NCBI GenBank assembly: GCA_001462225.1
Contig: LIUH01000148.1
Span: forward strand, 15,209 to 79,208
Source of the DNA: Fibrobacteria bacterium GUT31
Lineage (GTDB): Bacteria > Fibrobacterota > Fibrobacteria > Fibrobacterales > Fibrobacteraceae
Length of the DNA stretch: 64,000 nt
Reading direction: 5' to 3'
The notes under the pieces were generated by a model. That model was not told the origin of the DNA, searched no databases, and saw only the letters and a list, made by a program, of their open reading frames with translations. Positions 60,272-64,000 of this stretch are shown one piece after another; position 1 is the stretch's first letter, and each line of letters starts with the position of its first letter. Position numbers and translations under genes: made by a program.

Positions 60272-60786
60272 GCGTAGAAGAAACAGAAACAATGCTAAAT
60301 TCAACCATGCAAATGTGCACATTTCGCATGGCAAATCGCCTGTTCGGCGTTGATATCCTAGATGTAAAGGAGGTTAACGAGAACACAAATATAACACCAA
60401 TTTACCACGCGCCTCCGGATATTTGCGGTTATATAAATATCCGTGGACAAATTCTCCTTGTGGTTAATTTGCGCGAGACTTTTGGTTTTGACCAAAGGCA
60501 TAAAACCGAAGCTGTCTCCGGCAAGGTGGTGGTGTTCAAACCGAGTGTTGACGAACCCTTTGGCATTATGGTGGACGAGGTTTGCGATGTGGTTTCTATT
60601 GAGCAAAGCCGCATTGTGGATAGGCGCGCCAACGAAACCAATACCTCCGATGCAGCCAGAGAGCTTCGCCGGGCAAAAGACGGCATTGTGGTTGGTGTTT
60701 GCCCTCTTGATAGAGAATTGCTTTTGGTTTTGAATGCCCGGCACATTTTGGGCAGGCAAAGCGTAAAATCATTAGACGGCAAGTAG
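60268..60786 (+). CDS. cheW: Chemotaxis coupling protein CheW
   Basis: FRMANRLFGVDILDVKEV. It has an ATGA overlap with the cheA stop. Confidence 0.9.
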   Translation: MSVEETETMLNSTMQMCTFRMANRLFGVDILDVKEVNENTNITPIYHAPPDICGYINIRGQILLVVNLRETFGFDQRHKTEAVSGKVVVFKPSVDEPFGIMVDEVCDVVSIEQSRIVDRRANETNTSDAARELRRAKDGIVVGVCPLDRELLLVLNARHILGRQSVKSLDGK

Positions 60787-61176
60787 GGACTTGAGAAACC
60801 GCTGCAGTATAACCGCTGCAGCGGCTTTGTCTATCCTTTCCTTGTCTTTCCCACCCACTATTGCCGTTGCCTCCTGAGTGCTGTAAGATTCGTCTTGCAA
60901 GTGCAATTCTATTTGCGGAAATTTTTCACGCAATTCTTTTGCAAAAATTTCAACCGTTTTTTGCTTGCTATCGGGATGGTCATTAGGATGAATCGGCATT
61001 CCAAGCACAAAATCCGTTATTTTATTTTCCTTAGCCAGCCTCTCAAGCTCCACCCACAGGCTTTTTTCTTTTAGATCTATTGTTTCTCTTGGGAAGGCTA
61101 TGCCCACAGAGTCACTTGCAAAGGCAATGCCTGTGCGGCGTTCTCCGTAATCTATTGCCAAATAATTTTTGGACAT
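60772..61176 (-). CDS. ruvX: Holliday junction resolvase-like protein RuvX/YqgF
   Basis: YLAIDYGERRTGIAF. I moved the start to ATG 61176, 6 nt after TACATT (rc of 61183-61188). Confidence 0.85.
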   Translation of the reverse strand: MSKNYLAIDYGERRTGIAFASDSVGIAFPRETIDLKEKSLWVELERLAKENKITDFVLGMPIHPNDHPDSKQKTVEIFAKELREKFPQIELHLQDESYSTQEATAIVGGKDKERIDKAAAAVILQRFLKSLLAV

Positions 61177-61182
61177 TGGCTG

Positions 61183-61206
61183 AATGTAGATAAATTTTTC
61201 TACATT
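61183..61206. promoter_or_regulatory. Palindromic divergent -10 pair AATGTAGATAAATTTTTCTACATT
   Basis: The left half (rc TACATT) is 6 nt from the ruvX ATG. The right half (TACATT) is 14 nt from the tRNA 5' end. Confidence 0.5.
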
Positions 61207-61220
61207 CACATTCCACTTTT

Positions 61221-61293
61221 GGCATGTTCGTCTAGTGGCCTAGGACGCTGGCCTCTCACGCCGGTAACACGAGTTCAAATCTCGTACATGCTA
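61221..61293 (+). tRNA. tRNA-Glu (anticodon CUC)
   Basis: It folds by hand into a cloverleaf. The acceptor is GGCATGT/ACATGCT, the D arm TCGTCTAGTGGCCTAGGAC is typical of tRNA-Glu, the anticodon loop is CTCTCAC, and the T arm is ACGAGTTCAAATCTCGT. CCA is not encoded. Confidence 0.85.
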
Positions 61294-61303
61294 TACTCCC
61301 GCT

Positions 61304-63073
61304 ATGCCCTTTTACTCGGACGAAACAATAAGGCAATTAAAAGAGGCCGCAGATATAAGCCTTGTGATAGAGCAGTTCATTCCCTTAAAGCGAACAGGCG
61401 GCGGAAAATTTTTAGGGCTGTGCCCCTTTCACAACGATAGCAACCCGAGCATGAACGTGAATCCGAATATGGGGATTTACAAGTGCTTTGCCTGCGGCGC
61501 GGGCGGCGATGTGATCAAATTCGTTATGGAGCACGAAAAATTGGATTTCCGCTCTGCGATGGAATTTGTGGCGAATACGGTAGGCTTTATTTTGCCCAAG
61601 CTCTCTCAGGTGCAAGACGAAAATTACGAAGAAAAGGATTTGGTAAGAAAAATAAACGAGCTTGGAAGTTCATGGTTCAAAGAGCAACTGGCAAAATCGG
61701 ACTTTGCAAAGTCTTATTTGGACAAAAGGGAAATAGCGGCAAAGACAAGGGATTTATTCGGGCTTGGGTATGCGCCCCAGGGCGGATTTTTGGAAGTCGC
61801 CGGCAAAAGCGGGTTTAAGCCGGAGCTAGTGGTAAAGGCTGGGCTGGCATCTGAGAAAGAGGGGCGGGCTGTGGACAAATTCAGGGATAGGCTGATGGTT
61901 CCCATATGCAGTTTATCGGGGGCGGTTCTCGGTTTTGGCGGGCGCGATTTAAGCGGAAACAGCCCGGCTAAGTATATGAATTCCCCGGAAACTTTGATTT
62001 ACAACAAGAGCGAAATCCTTTTTGGATTGCACAACAGCCGCAAGGCAATATCAAAGGAAAATTCCGTAATTCTGGTTGAGGGTTATTTTGATGTTATATC
62101 CATGTTCCAAAGCGGGGTGGAAAATGTTGTTGCAATTTCCGGCATTGCGCTTTCGGAAGTTCAGGCGAAGTTGTTAGCTAGGTACACAAAATCCGCATAT
62201 GTGTGTTTAGACGGAGATGCCGCAGGGCAAGCCGCAACGGAGCGGTGCATAGAGGTTCTGCTTACGCAGAGTTTTTCCGTTAATGTTGTGGATTTAACTA
62301 ACGAAAGCGGAGAAAAAACAGATCCCGACTCGCTTGTTAGGCAGGGTGGTGCGGAGGCTTTTAGAAGATGCCAAGTCAGAGCCAAAAGCTGGCTGAACTA
62401 CTTAGCGGATAAAAGCCCGCTTGCAAGCCCGGAAGAAAAAGCCGCTTTTGTTTCAAGGGCAAAAAAATTAATCGCTTCGATGAACAATGCCGAACTCAAA
62501 AACCAATATCTGAATTTATTGAACGAAAGATTCGGAGCGTCTAAAAACCTGCCTGTTTTTCAAGCAAAAAAAACTTTTGCGCAGCAAACTCCTGCAACTC
62601 AAAAAGAAGAAGTCCCGGAAATTCCCTGGAACTCCTTGCCTAGCAATGAAATTTGGCTTGTAAGCGTGATTTTTAGAAATCCCGATCTTCAGAGCACAGC
62701 AATTCAAATCTGCGACCCAAGCCTTTTAACTTCCCGCTGGCTGGCGGAGCTTTTAGATTACGGCTACGCTCTTTACGAAGAAACCGGCAAAATGGATTTG
62801 AAAATACTCTACGACAAATTGCCTCCGACTCACAGAGAACTTCTAACTCGTTTGCCGGAAAAACCCTGGACAGATAAATCTGCGGTGATGGACTTTTCAA
62901 ATGCCGTTTTAAAACTCCAAATTTCGCTCTTAAAAATCAAATTAAGGGAAACGAGGGACAATTTTGAACAGTACAAGGAAATTCAGGGTAAAATAAAACA
63001 TTGCGAAAATTTAACAAAGCGAGCCATGGAAGGAGAGAATGTTTTGAATTTTCTATCTTTTTCATATGGATAA
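61304..63073 (+). CDS. dnaG: DNA primase
   Basis: Zinc ribbon CPFHNDSNPSMNVNPNMGIYKCFACGAGGDVIKF and TOPRIM ILVEGYFDVISM. Confidence 0.95.
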   Translation: MPFYSDETIRQLKEAADISLVIEQFIPLKRTGGGKFLGLCPFHNDSNPSMNVNPNMGIYKCFACGAGGDVIKFVMEHEKLDFRSAMEFVANTVGFILPKLSQVQDENYEEKDLVRKINELGSSWFKEQLAKSDFAKSYLDKREIAAKTRDLFGLGYAPQGGFLEVAGKSGFKPELVVKAGLASEKEGRAVDKFRDRLMVPICSLSGAVLGFGGRDLSGNSPAKYMNSPETLIYNKSEILFGLHNSRKAISKENSVILVEGYFDVISMFQSGVENVVAISGIALSEVQAKLLARYTKSAYVCLDGDAAGQAATERCIEVLLTQSFSVNVVDLTNESGEKTDPDSLVRQGGAEAFRRCQVRAKSWLNYLADKSPLASPEEKAAFVSRAKKLIASMNNAELKNQYLNLLNERFGASKNLPVFQAKKTFAQQTPATQKEEVPEIPWNSLPSNEIWLVSVIFRNPDLQSTAIQICDPSLLTSRWLAELLDYGYALYEETGKMDLKILYDKLPPTHRELLTRLPEKPWTDKSAVMDFSNAVLKLQISLLKIKLRETRDNFEQYKEIQGKIKHCENLTKRAMEGENVLNFLSFSYG

Positions 63074-63205
63074 CAAATTCCTCTCTCTGCCCAAAAAGCC
63101 AATTAGTTCGCAGGCCGGGTACAAAAAATTAAGTGACCAAGCTGCAAAAAACGTAGCAAAAGTTTTGCACATAATGTTAAATGATAAAAAATAGGGAATT
63201 TAAAA

Positions 63206-64000
63206 ATGTTCCGTTTTCTTTTTTTCGCTCTATTTTCCCTAGCCTTTGCAAACACGGCAGAGGGGGGTAAAACCGCCGCATGGATAACCCTTAACGGTGA
63301 TGTTGACCCCGGCATGAGCGATTATGCCAACCGAGCTATAGCGGAGGCTGTTGCGAAAAATCCGGATGTGATTGTTTTTGAGGTAAACACCTTTGGGGGT
63401 CGCCTGGATGCGGCTTTTGACATTGTTGACACCATAACGGCTCTCAAAATTCCAACTATCGCTCTGGTGCAAAAAAAAGCCATAAGCGCGGGGGCTTTAA
63501 TAGCCCTCTCCAGCGATAAACTCTACATGCTCCCCAGCACCACCATCGGGGACTGCGCCCCTATAGTGCAAAGCTCGGACGGGCAACCGCAGATTGTCGG
63601 TGAAAAAATACAGTCTCCATTGAGAGCGAAATTCCGCAATTTGGCGGAGCGAAACGGCCATCCCCGTTTGCTTTCCGAAGCGTTCGTAAGCCCGGATTTA
63701 GGTGTTGTTGAGCTTTCAAACAAAGATACCGTAATTTATGTGAATGTGGCCGAGTATAGCGATATGCCGGAAGAGGAACAGAAAAAATGGACCGGCAAAA
63801 AAACTCTGGTTAGGGCCGGCGAACTTTTAACCATGACTAATGAAGAAGCTTTGCTCTATAAGTTTTCAAAGGGAACCCCGGAAAGCGTAGAAGATTTTAA
63901 AAAGGAACTGGGCATAACGAAAACCATAATTATCAATATATCCTGGGCGGAAAAATTGACTAGGTTTATAGGCGCAATATCCGGAGTGCTTTTGATTTTA
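63206..64000 (+). CDS. NfeD/ClpP-class membrane-bound serine protease-like protein (3' partial, runs off the window)
   Basis: My own translation from ATG 63206 gives MFRFLFFALFSLAFA signal, then ITLNGDVDPGMSDYANRAIAEA ... TFGGRLDAAFDIVD ... AISAGALIALSSDKLYM. The frame stays open to position 64000. Confidence 0.65.
   Translation, partial: MFRFLFFALFSLAFANTAEGGKTAAWITLNGDVDPGMSDYANRAIAEAVAKNPDVIVFEVNTFGGRLDAAFDIVDTITALKIPTIALVQKKAISAGALIALSSDKLYMLPSTTIGDCAPIVQSSDGQPQIVGEKIQSPLRAKFRNLAERNGHPRLLSEAFVSPDLGVVELSNKDTVIYVNVAEYSDMPEEEQKKWTGKKTLVRAGELLTMTNEEALLYKFSKGTPESVEDFKKELGITKTIIINISWAEKLTRFIGAISGVLLIL

Noticed and set aside
1-64000. Search for transposases, integrases, phage genes, rRNA, CRISPR-Cas, reverse transcriptases or retron/DGR components.
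   Set aside because: I recognised none in any frame. The accessory regions here seem to have been shaped by small repeats rather than by identifiable mobile-element enzymes.

Overview
This is a 64-kb AT-rich chromosomal segment, most consistent with a Fibrobacter-like (Fibrobacterota) genome, because two lipoproteins carry the Fibrobacter succinogenes major paralogous (FISUMP, TIGR02145-type) domain. I count about 58 protein genes, one tmRNA (ssrA), one tRNA-Glu(CUC) and one cobalamin riboswitch. I saw no rRNA, CRISPR array, transposase or integrase. Core genes are pheS, ffh, dnaG, gmd, tldD, a rimI-like gene, ruvX, cheA-cheW and glf. A surface-polysaccharide locus of about 21 kb (19.0-40.7 kb) holds an ArnT-like GT, a wecE-like aminotransferase, WbqC, GT2/GT4 genes, glf, wzx, wzy, wzz and wza. 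Three stand-alone ATPase genes interrupt it at 25.5-30.4 kb. B12-related genes are the riboswitch with a lipoprotein and TonB receptor, CbiM-PDGLE, and a BtuF-like binding protein. Three loci are the best candidates for something new. (i) A translationally coupled TIR-TM protein plus an atypical DHH/DHHA1 phosphoesterase at 10.0-12.3 kb. (ii) vsr plus a 31-codon dcm stump plus a DUF3883-type nuclease at 5.7-7.0 kb. Both lie inside a 7.6-kb segment bracketed by two direct copies of a ~120-nt palindromic element that sits between divergent promoters. (iii) A low-GC islet at 55.3-57.7 kb with a helical-repeat + DUF2971-like protein and a decayed UPF0175/PIN toxin-antitoxin pair flanked by G-rich direct repeats. 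Two signals run across the whole window. A TTTnCTAYATT -10-type motif lies 6-9 nt from many start codons, which suggests leaderless starts. Convergent gene pairs abut or overlap, leaving no room for terminators. All family assignments come from motif recognition by eye; no database search was run.
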